Shown in pieces: positions 21,617 to 33,700 of a stretch of 64,000 bases of DNA. The stretch covers positions 3,100,001 through 3,164,000 of the forward strand of contig NC_089433.1 in assembly GCF_026210795.1 (NCBI RefSeq). The letters are read 5' to 3'. The notes beneath the pieces were generated by a model that made no database searches, was not told the origin of the DNA, and saw nothing but the letters and a program-made list of their open reading frames with translations. Numbering within the stretch: the stretch's first letter is position 1; every line of letters begins with the position of its first letter. A program made the translations under genes and the position numbers. Origin of the DNA: Rhizophagus irregularis (Eukaryota).

Positions 21617-24600
21617 ATGTCTAAAAGAAAGTGCAATACATACCAATTAAACAATCCTTTGAGACTTCGCCATAGATATTCACATATTCCTTTACAGAAT
21701 AGAAATGAAAATTTTACTAATGATTTATCTCGCAATAATACTATAATAAATATTTTACCACCACAAAGTTATATCACTCATAAAAGTAACACTTCAAACG
21801 AAATTATTGAACAAGATGATGATAATGAAGTAAACCTAGATAACACAGGAGACTATTATGATAATATGACAGAAAGCGATGAAGGTAGTTATGATAGCAC
21901 TGATAGTGGTTATGATAATACAACAGAAGACGATGAAAATTATAATAACACAGATGATGAATATATTGGCGATTACGAACATAGAGAAAACACCTATGAT
22001 GATACAGAAGAACAAGCTAATATTAAACAGAATGAGAATGATAAACAAATTGTTGACGAAGCTTTGGATCCTTCAATCCTTCCGCATGAATTTTCTGATT
22101 TTTTACCTTATTTTAATAATGCAACTGAAGCTTTATTATTTTGTTGGATACAAAAGCATAATATATGTAAGTATATATATATATATTTAATAATAATGAA
22201 ACTTATATAAAGTCTTATTAGTTATTTATTTATTTATTAGCAACTAATGCATATGATGATCTTGTAAGTATTATTAATGATCCACGGTTTAAAAGAGAGG
22301 AAGTGGTAACAAATATACGACGATTTCGGCAGTGGAAGCAACGATTACCACTCTCAATAATATTTGCAAGGCCAGTATCAATCTCTTCAAAGAAATCACC
22401 ATCAACTTCTAAAGCTTGCAAATTAGCATACCATCTGTCAATAAGCGATATCATATGGTACGTTTTAAATAATCCAGCAATTATGAAACATATGTATTTT
22501 GGACCAGGAATTGACATCGGTAAAAAGTCGGAATTTTGGCATGGATCTCTATGGGCAGAATCTCCACTTTTTGGACAAGAAGATATTATCATTTTGCAAG
22601 GTATGATAGATAAAATCATTAACAAAATTAATCATTATCATATTTAATTAACTATTTATTAGTGAAATATCGTACTGGAAGTTTTATATATTATCAGTCA
22701 AGTATTCAGAAGTTAGGATTTCTTAGATCAATACAACGCGATGAAGAAAATAAAATAATACTCAAAATCCAACAGCTTGTTTTTTACGAAGAATTACCTG
22801 GTATCTTTAAGGGAATTAGCAGACAGCAAAGAGCAAATTCTGGTGAAATATGGATGCTTGATGAAAATTTTATAACCATTAATCCTTCATCAGTTCTTAG
22901 AAAGGCAACAGTTAAATTACCATATTTGAACCAATCTCTTACACCTGGTGAACTTAATGTAAAAGAAATTATTTACAAATATAAAAACCACTGACGAATT
23001 AGAGATATAAATATATCCTACTTACACCCCAACTTCCTCCTTACCCGTATACAAATTATTTTTGGATATGTATTATGACGATTTTGGTACATATCGTAAC
23101 GTATACCATTCATTAGGTGGTGTATATATTCAATTTGGGAATATGCCTGCTAACCTTCGTAAATTGGTTAAGAATCATTTTGTAATCAGTTTTGTGCCAT
23201 TTGGTGGCAGCTTTGACGAATTTATACTCCCATTTGTTAAAGAACTTAAGGAATTTGAAAAGGGTAAAGTAATGAGTGTGCAAGGACAGGAAGCATGGGT
23301 TATTGCGGGTTTAGGAGTAGTGACTGCTGATTTGCCGCAAGGCAATGATTTAGCAGGAGTACAATTCCAGTTTATACTCCTTTAGAACCTTAAGACACGG
23401 AGCGAATAAAGGATGTCGTACGTGTTCTATCAACAAGGATTTATATACTGATCGTAATCAAGATTTACTTTACTAAAAATGGCCAATTTTTTGAAATATT
23501 TTTATAGACCTAGATACAATGGCTTTCAAAACAATTGTGCAATTATTTTGTAAAATTTTTAAAATATATCAAGATATATTTAAGGTATTTTTGAGATTAA
23601 AATATTAAAATAATATCAAAGTTAATTATATTATAATAATAAAATAATAACAAAAACATTAAAAAATTATTGTAATATTATTTTGAGTTATTTTTATAGA
23701 CCTAGATACAATACAATTACAAAATAATAGCAAAAATATAATAAAAACATTTTGATGTATTAAATGTATTTTTGTAGTATTTTAAAATTATTACAAAATC
23801 ATTTCAAAAAATTGGCCATTTTTAGTAAAGTAGCTTTGCTGTCTTGATACAAACAAATAACAGATTTGGAATCTGTTCAAATTAACAATGAATTTACAAT
23901 GTCTAGGAAGAAGCAGATGAGCTCTGAATATAGATTACGAATCAAGCAAAGTATTTTGGATGAATTAAAACGTAAAAAACACCTTCAAACTCCTCAGAAT
24001 ATTTACCATGCAACTGCTGGTAAAATTGGGAGACTTGTAAAGATTACAGTAAGTTTGTTATCACAAGAAGGAGTGACAGCTTTTCTGGAAACGTGGAAGA
24101 ATTTTGAGAAACCTTCTGTATGGTGTCGTTTACCTAATCTAATCAGTCATCATGAAAGTTTCATGATGTCTGATTATCTGCGTTTAGCGATGATTATGCC
24201 ATTTATTCTTCATCGCTTTTTGAAGCCTTTACATTTAAAAAGCAATGAATTGAAAATTATACAGCAACGAATAGGTGCCCAACGAAGAGATTATGTGCCT
24301 AAAGCTATCATAAAATGTTGGGTTTATGTAGCAAAAATGATGAAATTAGTTTTTGAAAGGGATTATACAGAAGAAAAATATGATGAATTAAAGCGATGTC
24401 TTGAAGCTGAAATGGCTATTTTGACAAAGGTAATCATTGCATAAACCAATCAGAATGCTCTATTTGTGCAACAAATAATGGTTTGAACAGTTTTCATTGT
24501 CTAGTATGTTATTATTAATGATTTACTAACAAATAAATTATTATAGGTTTTTGAAGAATTTGTCAATCTACCTAATCTTCACATTAATTTTCATCTTTGC

Positions 24601-25545
24601 CTCCATGCTCGCACATACGCAACATTAAGAAATACTCAAGTAGGAATAAAAGAAACAGTACACAAGATATTTAAATCAATGGTACCAAATACCAATCGCA
24701 AAGAAGTAGATTTGGATCTATTGAAACGTTATAATACAAGTTTTGCAATTCGGCATCTCACAGATGATGGAATAGATAAAAGATTTTCACGATCTCATGA
24801 TGGATACACTGGATTAAAAAAAAGCGCCTGTGAAAAGTTATTCAACAATTGGTTTGTTACCAAAGATAGACTATTTGATGAAACAGACTATATCGATGAG
24901 GTACTAACGGGTAAAATATAATTTTACTATTATTGTTTAGTTATATAATCTTTAAAAAATTTTTCCTTTTAGTTTAATTATCAATGGGCAACTTTTATAA
25001 CATTCACTTAAAGAAAAGAATTTCTTTGAAAAATATCAAAGAATTCGTCAAGTTTTTTCCATCAAATAGTCATTTTAAAACTGAATTATCTATATCATAT
25101 AATGAAATTGGTCTCCACGCGGCATTAATCAATTCATCAATAACTTGGTATGAAATGGCGTCCTATGTTACAGAAAATGCTTTTGGAAATAAAGAAAAGG
25201 TTTGCCTAAAACTTGGTGATGTGGTAACGATCCAAGATGAAGAATATAGTGAATCATTTGCTATGACGGATCCAATCAATTTTTCGACATAAAGCAAATG
25301 ATAATAAGTATTATGCTTTTATCATTGTAACTTAGTTTGAAGAAATTAATCAAAATCACGTTATTTTAAAATGTCCACTTTTTAGGCTTCTTTCTGCAAA
25401 CGATCAACAGTGGAGAAGAATTTTTTTGATAACTGTTATTGATCAAGCAAATAAGATTCACTTTGTACGCAATGAGATAGATGAACAAGAGGAAAATGAA
25501 GAAAGTTGTTGGATTAAAAATGAGTTTTATTTTACTGCTGTATAA
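21617..25545 (+). pseudogene. Degraded CMC/EnSpm(CACTA)-like transposase with a possible C-terminal BAH-like region
   Basis: Motifs DMYYDDFGTYRNVYHSLGGVYIQFGNMP, ADLPQGNDLAGV..RHGANKGCRTC, NIYHATAG, PNLHINFHL; several stops and frameshifts; MITE insertion; family call from memory of motif patterns. Confidence 0.7.
23468..23830 (+). mobile_element. MITE family A, copy 4, inside the transposase exon
   Basis: TIRs, TA TSD; empty site reads DRNQD-L-ALLS in frame. Confidence 0.93.
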
Positions 25546-25587
25546 AGTACTTTAATATAATGCATTTAATACAATATTATAATTTTA

Positions 25588-25950
25588 CTTTACTAAAAAT
25601 GGCCAATTTTTTGAAATGATTTTGTAATAATTTTAAAATACCACAAAAATACATTTAATACATCAAAATGTTTTTATTATATTTTTGTTATTATTTTGTA
25701 ATTATATTGTATCTAGGTCTATAAAAATAACTCAAAATAATATCACAATAATTTTTTAATATTTTTGTTATTATTTTATTATTATAATATAATTAATTTT
25801 GATATTATTTTAATATTTTAATCTCAAAAATACCTCAAATATATCTTGATATATTTTAAAAATTTTACAAAATAATTGCATAATTGTTTTGAAAGCCATT
25901 GTATTTAGGTCTATAAAAATATTTCAAAAAATTGGCCATTTTTAGTAAAG
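25588..25950 (-). mobile_element. MITE family A, copy 5 (inverted)
   Basis: TIRs, TA TSD, reverse complement of the copy 2 type. Confidence 0.93.
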
Positions 25951-26020
25951 TATTATCATATTGTGATGATTACGTATATGAATTGTTACTATATCGTAGC
26001 GTAATTTTGAAAAAACGCTA

Positions 26021-26383
26021 CTTTACTAAAAATGGCCAATTTTTTGAAATATTTTTATAAACCTAAATACAATGGCTTTCAAAACAATTATACAATTATT
26101 TTGTAAAATTTTTAAAATATATCAAGATATATTTGAGGTATTTTTGAGATTAAAATATTAAAATAATATCAAAATTAATTATATTATAATAATAAAATAA
26201 TAACAAAAATATTAAAAAATTATTGTGATATTATTTTGAGTTATTTTTATAGACCTAGATACAATATAATTACAAAATAATAACAAAAATATAATAAAAA
26301 CATTTTGATGTATTAAATGTATTTTTGTGGTATTTTAAAATTATTATAAAATTATTTCAAAAAATTGGCCATTTTTAGTAAAG
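26021..26383 (+). mobile_element. MITE family A, copy 6
   Basis: TIRs, TA TSD. Confidence 0.93.
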
Positions 26384-26712
26384 TATTGCGTAGTCTTTAC
26401 CTAAAATTTTGCAGTTATGTCACGTAAACCTATCTATTCGTTATCTATTCTTCTAATAAGAATAACTGCAACTTCGCAGCATAATCGTAACTTTGATTTA
26501 CTGTGATTACTTTACGTATACTCTACCTAATTATTCAATACGAACTGTTGCGATTACGTTAAGTAAGAAGTAACGTAATTATTGTGATTTTGATCACCAC
26601 GTCTAGGTGATAAAATCGTGGCAAATTCGTGGCTTAGTCACTTGAAATTTATTGATTTCTGTAAAGTTTAGCTCGCTATGTTGATAACACAAATGTTAAT
26701 GGGCCTGTCATT

Positions 26713-27075
26713 CTTTACTAAAAATGGCCAATTTTTTGAAATGATTTTGTAATAATTTTGAAATACTACAAAAATACATTTAATACATCAAAATGGTTTT
26801 ATTATATTTTTGTTATTATTTTGTAATTATATTGTATCTAGGTCTATAAAAATAACTCATAATAATATCACAATAATTTTTTAATGTTTTTGTTATTATT
26901 TTATTATTATAATATAATTAACTTTGATATTATTTTAATATTTTAATCTCAAAAATACCTCAAATATATCTTGATATATTTTAAAAATTTTACAAAATAA
27001 TTGCACAATTGTTTTGAAAGCCATTGTATCTAGGTCTATAAAAATATTTCAAAAAATTGGCCATTTTTAGTAAAG
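26713..27075 (-). mobile_element. MITE family A, copy 7 (inverted, TT TSD)
   Basis: TIRs; flanked by TT/TT instead of TA. Confidence 0.92.
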
Positions 27076-27089
27076 TTATAATAAACGAA

Positions 27090-28446
27090 GAAAGAGATTT
27101 GAAAGATACAGAGCATAAAACGTTGGGAAAAACTGCATTAAAAAATGTGGATTGGATTGGCTTTACATTAGATTAATTACAAAAAGTTAAATACTTTTAA
27201 TGTATAATCATTTTTATTATTATATTAAGAAAGCGGTTAATAGGTTAAATCATGTATCAAAATTTTTTTGCTCATTAAAATATTGAGATTGTTTTATATT
27301 CGATTGAAAATTTAGAATATTTTAGTAGTTATTTCATTTTGTGATTGGGTTTTCATGCAATATATTGGTTTTTAATAATACATAGAAATAATAATTAATA
27401 CAATAAATTAATATGCATATATATAATAAACTGAATTTGTGATATTTTAAAGATGCTATCAACGTTGATTCATCATTAAAACTTGGCTTGTTTAATATTT
27501 GATATTAATTCAAGCGGTTTATCGCATAGTTCTGTATTCGTATCGAACATAGGTGACTACTCAACAAACCGTCATCATTATTATACGATACTTTATACCT
27601 TTTAAAAAAAATTCTGAAAAGATTCCGATAAATAATCATTTTTCTAGTTTTCATTCTGAAGAAACTCAGACATGAAATATGTTGATAACACGCTCATTGA
27701 TGGGTCCATAATTATTATAAATGATAAAAAAGATTTGAAAATTACTGATCACAAAACGTTGGGCAAAAAAGCATTCAAGAATGTGAAGTGGATTGGCTTT
27801 ACATTAGATTAATTACAAAAAGTTAAATACTTTTAATGTATAATCATTTTCATTATTATATTAAGAAAGCGGTTAATAGGTCAAATCGTGTATCAAAATT
27901 TTTTTGCTCATTAAAATATTGAGATTGTTTTATATTTGATTGAAAATTTAGAATATTTTAGTAGATATTTCATTTTGTGATTGGGTTTTCATGCAATATA
28001 TTGGTTTTTAATAATACATAGAAATAATTAATACAATAAATTAATATGCATATATATAATAAACTGAATTTGTGATATTTTAAAGATGCTATCAACGTTG
28101 ATTCATCATTAAAACTTGGCTTGTTTAATATTTGATATTAATTCAAGCAGTTTATCGCATAGTTCTGTATTTGTATCGAACATAGGTGACTACTCAACAA
28201 ACCGTCATCATTATTATACGATACTTTATACCTTTTAAAAAAAATTCTGAAAAGATTCTGATAAATAATCATTTTTCTAGTTTTCATTCTGAAGAAACTC
28301 AGACATGAAATATATTGATAACACGCTCATTGATGGGTCCATAATTATTATAAATGATAAAAAAGATTTGAAAATTACTGATCACAAAACGTTAGGCAAA
28401 AAAGCATTCAAGAATGTGAAGTTGATTGGCTTTACAAAAGATTAAT
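27090..28446 (+). repeat. ~635-bp tandem duplication (2+ units) containing paralogous exon-like segments ending ...KTLGKKAFKNVKWIGFTLD*
   Basis: Near-identical blocks starting at ~27155 and ~27790; third paralogous end at ~28440. Confidence 0.88.
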
Positions 28447-29261
28447 AGGCTATCCCAGATTTCCAGTAACATTAAACGAATTGTGTAACTATGTAGATAT
28501 CACCATAGTTATAAAGAAAATTTTAAATTGACAGTAAAAACAATTTTTTTCCTTTAAACTAACCTTTGTTTTAAATATGGAATTAATAATTATCAAATGT
28601 AATTTGTATAATTTTTATAAGAATAAAATTGAAATTGTTATGTGTTGAACACGTCATGATGAATGTTGTAGCATAGCCTCATTAAACATATCCAACTGAA
28701 TCGTTCGTAAATTTAGAAAAATTGTCAGTTAATTTATTTGTCCTACTTTTCAAAAATTATTGAAAGAAAAATATATTGTATGAATCACTAGTGCAATTAT
28801 TTTCAATTTATTATCTAATAAACAATTTGTCACGCTTTATAAGGATGGATGTTCAGGACTGTCGGCGCAAAACTCATGAAATTATGAAGAATTTAATTGG
28901 TTTCTTCATTATAACAAGAGTTGTGAATGGTTAAATATTATGTGAGAGTAAAAATTCGTTATTTTGCGAGTTCGTTATATCGAGAGCTGACTGTATGGTT
29001 TATTTTCAGATTATATATATAATTTTTTACATCAAAAACAGACCATAACTTATTAATCACAATCATTGCATAATCGATAATTTATTATTATTATTTTTTT
29101 TTGATGCATCGCATAATATATTAGCAAAATATAAAAGCTCGAGATAAAGATATAACATTTTCTCTTTATATTGATATAAAGCTAAAACAATTCCCATCTC
29201 ATAAGAGTAATAGAATTATATCAATAGTGATACTGGATATGTTAACTTTCTATATATATAG

Positions 29262-29600
29262 CAGTGTTGGCCAGTGACCCAAATGACCTCAAATGACTCA
29301 AATGACTGGTCACGTGTCATTTGGATCATTTCAACATTAAATGACAAATGACCTAGTCATTTAAAAATTACATCATAATTCTGGCCAGAACTATTCATAC
29401 AATTTCACTATTTCATGAATAAAATTTTCACATGATATTAGAAGTTCATAATTCTGGCCGGCATCATTAATTTGGCCTGAATTATAAAGCATTAATTTTA
29501 AATGACTCAAATGACAAATGATCTAAATGACTAGGTCATTCGAAGGTCATTCAGAGGTCATCTCAAAATGGGCAAATGAACTAGTCATTTGCTATCACTG
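29262..29600. mobile_element. hAT-type MITE (339 bp)
   Basis: CAGTG..CACTG TIRs, 8-bp TSD ATATATAG, many AAATGAC subterminal motifs. Confidence 0.9.
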
Positions 29601-29810
29601 ATATATAGTATATCTATCATAAATCCTTTAAATTTGAAAATTATATTTCAAGAAATTCTGAATCAATCAGTGTTTTCGCTTTTAATTTCAGAATATTCAT
29701 CTTGATTATTATCCGCTTCTGCTTCACTAGATTTATCTGAAGTCAGAGCTAAAATTGATAAAAGTAAATTATTAAATACGTTATTCAAACAAAAAGCAAT
29801 ATTATTATAA

Positions 29811-30118
29811 GGAAATAAAATTTGTGCGCACCCGCACATGTGCGCACCCCTCCATTTTTGGTAATTTTTATATAGTAAATTTGTCGATCATTATTTATCA
29901 CGTGACTTTAGTAAAATCCCGATTTTTTTAAATATTCATGCCACAACTCTTACGTACATATTATAGAGCCTTAATAATTTATTTACTATGCGTATTTTTG
30001 CCTATTCTACAACTTTACTTAATGAGCCATGAAGGGTTTAGAATGTCATTTTTGACTTTTATATATAATATATCCATGGGGATGTGCATATGCGCAGGTG
30101 CGCACAAATTTTAAACCC
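29811..30118. mobile_element. Mutator-type MITE (308 bp)
   Basis: GG..CC ends, TIR core AAAATTTGTGCGCACC, 9-bp TSD TTATTATAA. Confidence 0.88.
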
Positions 30119-30262
30119 TTATTATAATTGTGATTACTAAGGTATAATCTTTTGTTGCTTTTTGACATATTTTCTCTAAAATTCTTTAAAGATTTTTCCT
30201 AAATCACAACATCAAATTACGAATTATAAAAATATTTAAATATATTTTAAGCTAGTAAAAAT

Positions 30263-31254
30263 TTATATAATTACCTGACAGGTAGCAATTTTTAATTTAC
30301 TTGCAGAACCAGCATTTAATAAAATCCAATTATCTTCATTAACGGAAGGAAAAGAACGGGTAATTAAATCATTAATAGCTTCAGAAGTATTTTCATTAAA
30401 TAATACATTTTCTATAATGAATCCATTATCCCTCATTTCAACCCAAACTGAAGTATTTTCTCTTGGAGCTGAATTATTTTCCCAACTTCTTTGTGTAAAC
30501 AATAATATGTGATTAAGATAAAGTGAAACGTTAGCAGGTCGACTTCTAGAAGCAACTATACTATACTTGTAACCGAAACCTTTTCACGTGATTTTTGGCC
30601 ACGTCTTTAAATCAAAATTAAGTTAAAAAATGATAAAAATTAATCTCTACATCCAGCCGAAACTATAATATAAAGTCTTTGGAGTTTCGGATGGATTTTT
30701 GGATAGTTTTTAATAATTTATTATAATTAAATTACTGAAAGTCCGAAACCCTGTCCAGCTTCATAGAGGTTTCAGCTACATGTATAAACTATACTAGGTG
30801 AATTGTGATTCTGAAATTTTGACTGATTTCTTTTCCTCTTTTTAGTAATCGGCATATGTCTATTTTTAATGGCTTCTTCTCTTAACCTAGAATCTTCGGA
30901 ATTATTAATACTTGATGTTAATATGTATGATGGCAAATTACTTTCAATATTAATCGAGCCAGGAACGATACTTGGTGAGGTATTCTTGTGAAATGCAGTA
31001 AAATGATCACAATATTTGCATTTCAATTCGTTATTAGGATTAGCCAAAAAAGCTTGACATTCACAGGAAACTCCATCTTTTTGACAAGCTTCTAATAATG
31101 GCGTTGAAGTATTGTGAGGTGCAGGAGAAAACCCGGTATGAAACGCATTATAATGATGGCAATAATAACATTTCTCTGGATTATTCTCATCTTCTTTATA
31201 AGTTTGACAACCACAATATTTATTGTTAAAATTACAAACACCAAGTGGGAACAT
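30263..31254 (-). pseudogene. Cys/His-repeat (putative zinc-binding) protein gene, disrupted
   Basis: Two C-x6-C-x-C...C-x2-C-x-H-x3-FH repeats; interrupted by a MITE at 30562-30786; continues in ORF 30263-30502 with a frameshift. Confidence 0.55.
30562..30786. mobile_element. MITE with 8-bp TSD (hAT-like, 225 bp)
   Basis: TIR TATAC(T/A)TGTA(A/G)C(C/T)GAAACC; TSD AACTATAC on both sides. Confidence 0.85.
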
Positions 31255-31535
31255 TTTTCCTTAAACAAAAGAAAAAAAGAAAGAAATTCTTTGTACAATC
31301 ATTTGTTAAAGATATATTTATACTTTTAAGTAATAAATACGCATTCAGCAGATTGCAAAACTGTAAATAATGGTGGCATGGTCTGAAATATGGATTGGCG
31401 CAGTGGAAATCTGAATTGCAAATGCATACTGAGTTGCCTTAATTGCAAACATTCCTTGTGAAAACAGAAAAACTTGTTTATTTAAAACCATATAAATTAG
31501 CTTTCATATGTCTTAGAAAAAGATGGTACATTTAA

Positions 31536-32351
31536 GGGTCCAGTATATTACGTTATCCCCTATATGGCAAAAAATTGGAGATCATCTTTTTCTTACTTTC
31601 GTTACAAGAAAAAATTTTTTAATATTTTTCAAACTCCTGCTTAAAAATATCTGTTAGAGAGTCTGGTTTTTCAAATAAACTTTAAAAAAGTATAGTATAA
31701 ATATAGTTTACAACGAAAAACTACTATATGAAGTTAACAGTAGTTGCGAATTCTCTAAGGTAAGTTGCGAATTCTCTAATTAGACTAACTTTAAATTAAC
31801 TTAAAACTTGCGAAACTTTGAGACTTAATAATATAGTAATTAGTTAAATAATTTATATCAAAAAATTAGTAAGCATCATATTCAAATAAAAATTTTTACT
31901 AATAACATTTTATTTTTTTATTATCTTAATAAGCGTATTTGTTCCTTTAAACTAAATACAAAATATTTCATGTGTTGTGAAGTAATAATTAGATTATTAT
32001 AATTTTATAATGAAATGGAAAGGCAAATAAATTAATTTAATAACCTTGAATTATATATTTGGCGTTTGTGGAGTTATTATTTATTTATTTTTAATGTACA
32101 ATATCAATCAAGCAAATGGTATTTTCATTAAGTTTTGTCCATAAAAATATATAGAAATATTAATAAATGGTTAAAATGTAGATAGGATGCATTATATTTA
32201 TTATTTGAACGTATATTTAATAAAATTCATATGGTAGGTTGGGAAATATTTTATTTTTCCAAGAGTTTTCTCGTCAATTTCATGGTCACGTGATCATATA
32301 AAATGATCGTCATATGGTCATATACAAATGATGATGTAATATACTGGACCC
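31536..32351. mobile_element. Non-autonomous element with TTAA TSD (Kolobok-like, 816 bp)
   Basis: TTAA|GGGTCCAGTATATTAC ... GTAATATACTGGACCC|TTAA; purine (GG) termini fit Kolobok rather than piggyBac (CCC). Confidence 0.82.
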
Positions 32352-32644
32352 TTAAGACAATAATGATGAGGACAAAAGACTTAGAAAATGTCTAATTAGT
32401 ACTTCACTTACTGAATTGACGCGTCTCTTAATCAACTACTAAGAAGCAATTATGAAGCTAATCTTCTATTGACTTCAAATTAGAAACATTTGGTGATCGT
32501 GTAAAAGTGATGACCATAGTAAATTTCGCTAACTTTGTAAAGTTAGAATATTTTGTGTAACATTACATGGTATAAATATAGTTGGCGATGCTTGCAATTC
32601 TTTATGATTCATTGTCAGTTGAATTCTATTAAAATTCATTTAAA

Positions 32645-33700
32645 ATGCAGTGGATTGAAGATTCAATTAATAAAAAATTTCTCAAATTATACGAATTTGA
32701 AGAATTTAAAAATGTTAATAAAATTTATGATGGTCAATGCTTAGAAGTACAAAGTTATCGTGTAGCGATAAAATCACTACTTTACAATAATAATGAATGC
32801 ATGAATGAGATTGTTCGTCACTGGTAAAAAAATGATTTATCCTACACATATCTTACACATATTGGGTACTTAAAATGTAGAAAATCATACACAAATAATA
32901 CACATATCATACACATATCAGGTACTAATATATATATCATACATATATCAGGTACCTGATAGGTATACTATATATATAAGTACCCGATATGTGTATGATA
33001 TGTGTATTATTTGTGTATGATTTTCTACATTTTGAGTACCCGATATATGTAAGATATGTGTAGAATATGTGTAGGATAGACCATTTTTTTACCAGTGCGT
33101 GAGGTTGGTATTATATGTTTTACTGTATATGAAAATTAATTTAAAATATTTTTCAGCATTAATTTAGATTCAACTTTATCACCAGTTGAATTACTGCTCT
33201 ATCTCCAAAATTTATGGAATTACTAGAAAAGGTTTGTTAAATTAAAATTAAAAAAATGAAAAGTTTATTATATTAACATTTAAATTTTAAGGGAAAGATA
33301 AATCGTTTTCCTTAGTATTGGAATTTGCAGATAATGGAGAAATGATTGATTATTTTCGAAATAGATGTCAAACTATTTATATGGATGATTTTGTTAATAT
33401 AATTGTTCAAATTGCGAGATTATTATTAATTTTGCACAAAGAAGATATTTTTGGCATTAATATCATATGGCAATTTCTCATAATAATTTGCAAATCACTT
33501 TTATTCTATTATTAAATTATTCTGATTTTAGAGTTCCAATATTTTACTTGATAAAAAGAGAAGAGTTAAACTGTCAAGTTTGGGGCTATCAAAAAGAATT
33601 ATAAAAGGTTTTCAAAGCAAAAATCAAGATATTATCGATTTTAGATCTATTTTTGAATATATAAAGTTTAAGCATGGAAGATACAACAAATTATTTAAAG
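32645..33700 (+). pseudogene. Tyrosine-kinase-like (TKL) kinase or pseudokinase gene disrupted by a CACTG MITE
   Basis: WIEDSINKKFLKLYEFEEFKNV, VAIK, EIVRE, IYGIT, LVLEFADNG, LH..., SNILL, VKLSSLGLSK; HRD and DFG degenerate. Confidence 0.75.
32819..33097. mobile_element. CACTA-type (CACTG) MITE, 279 bp
   Basis: CACTGGTAAAAAAATG...CATTTTTTTACCAGTG, 3-bp TSD CGT, almost fully fold-back. Confidence 0.92.
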
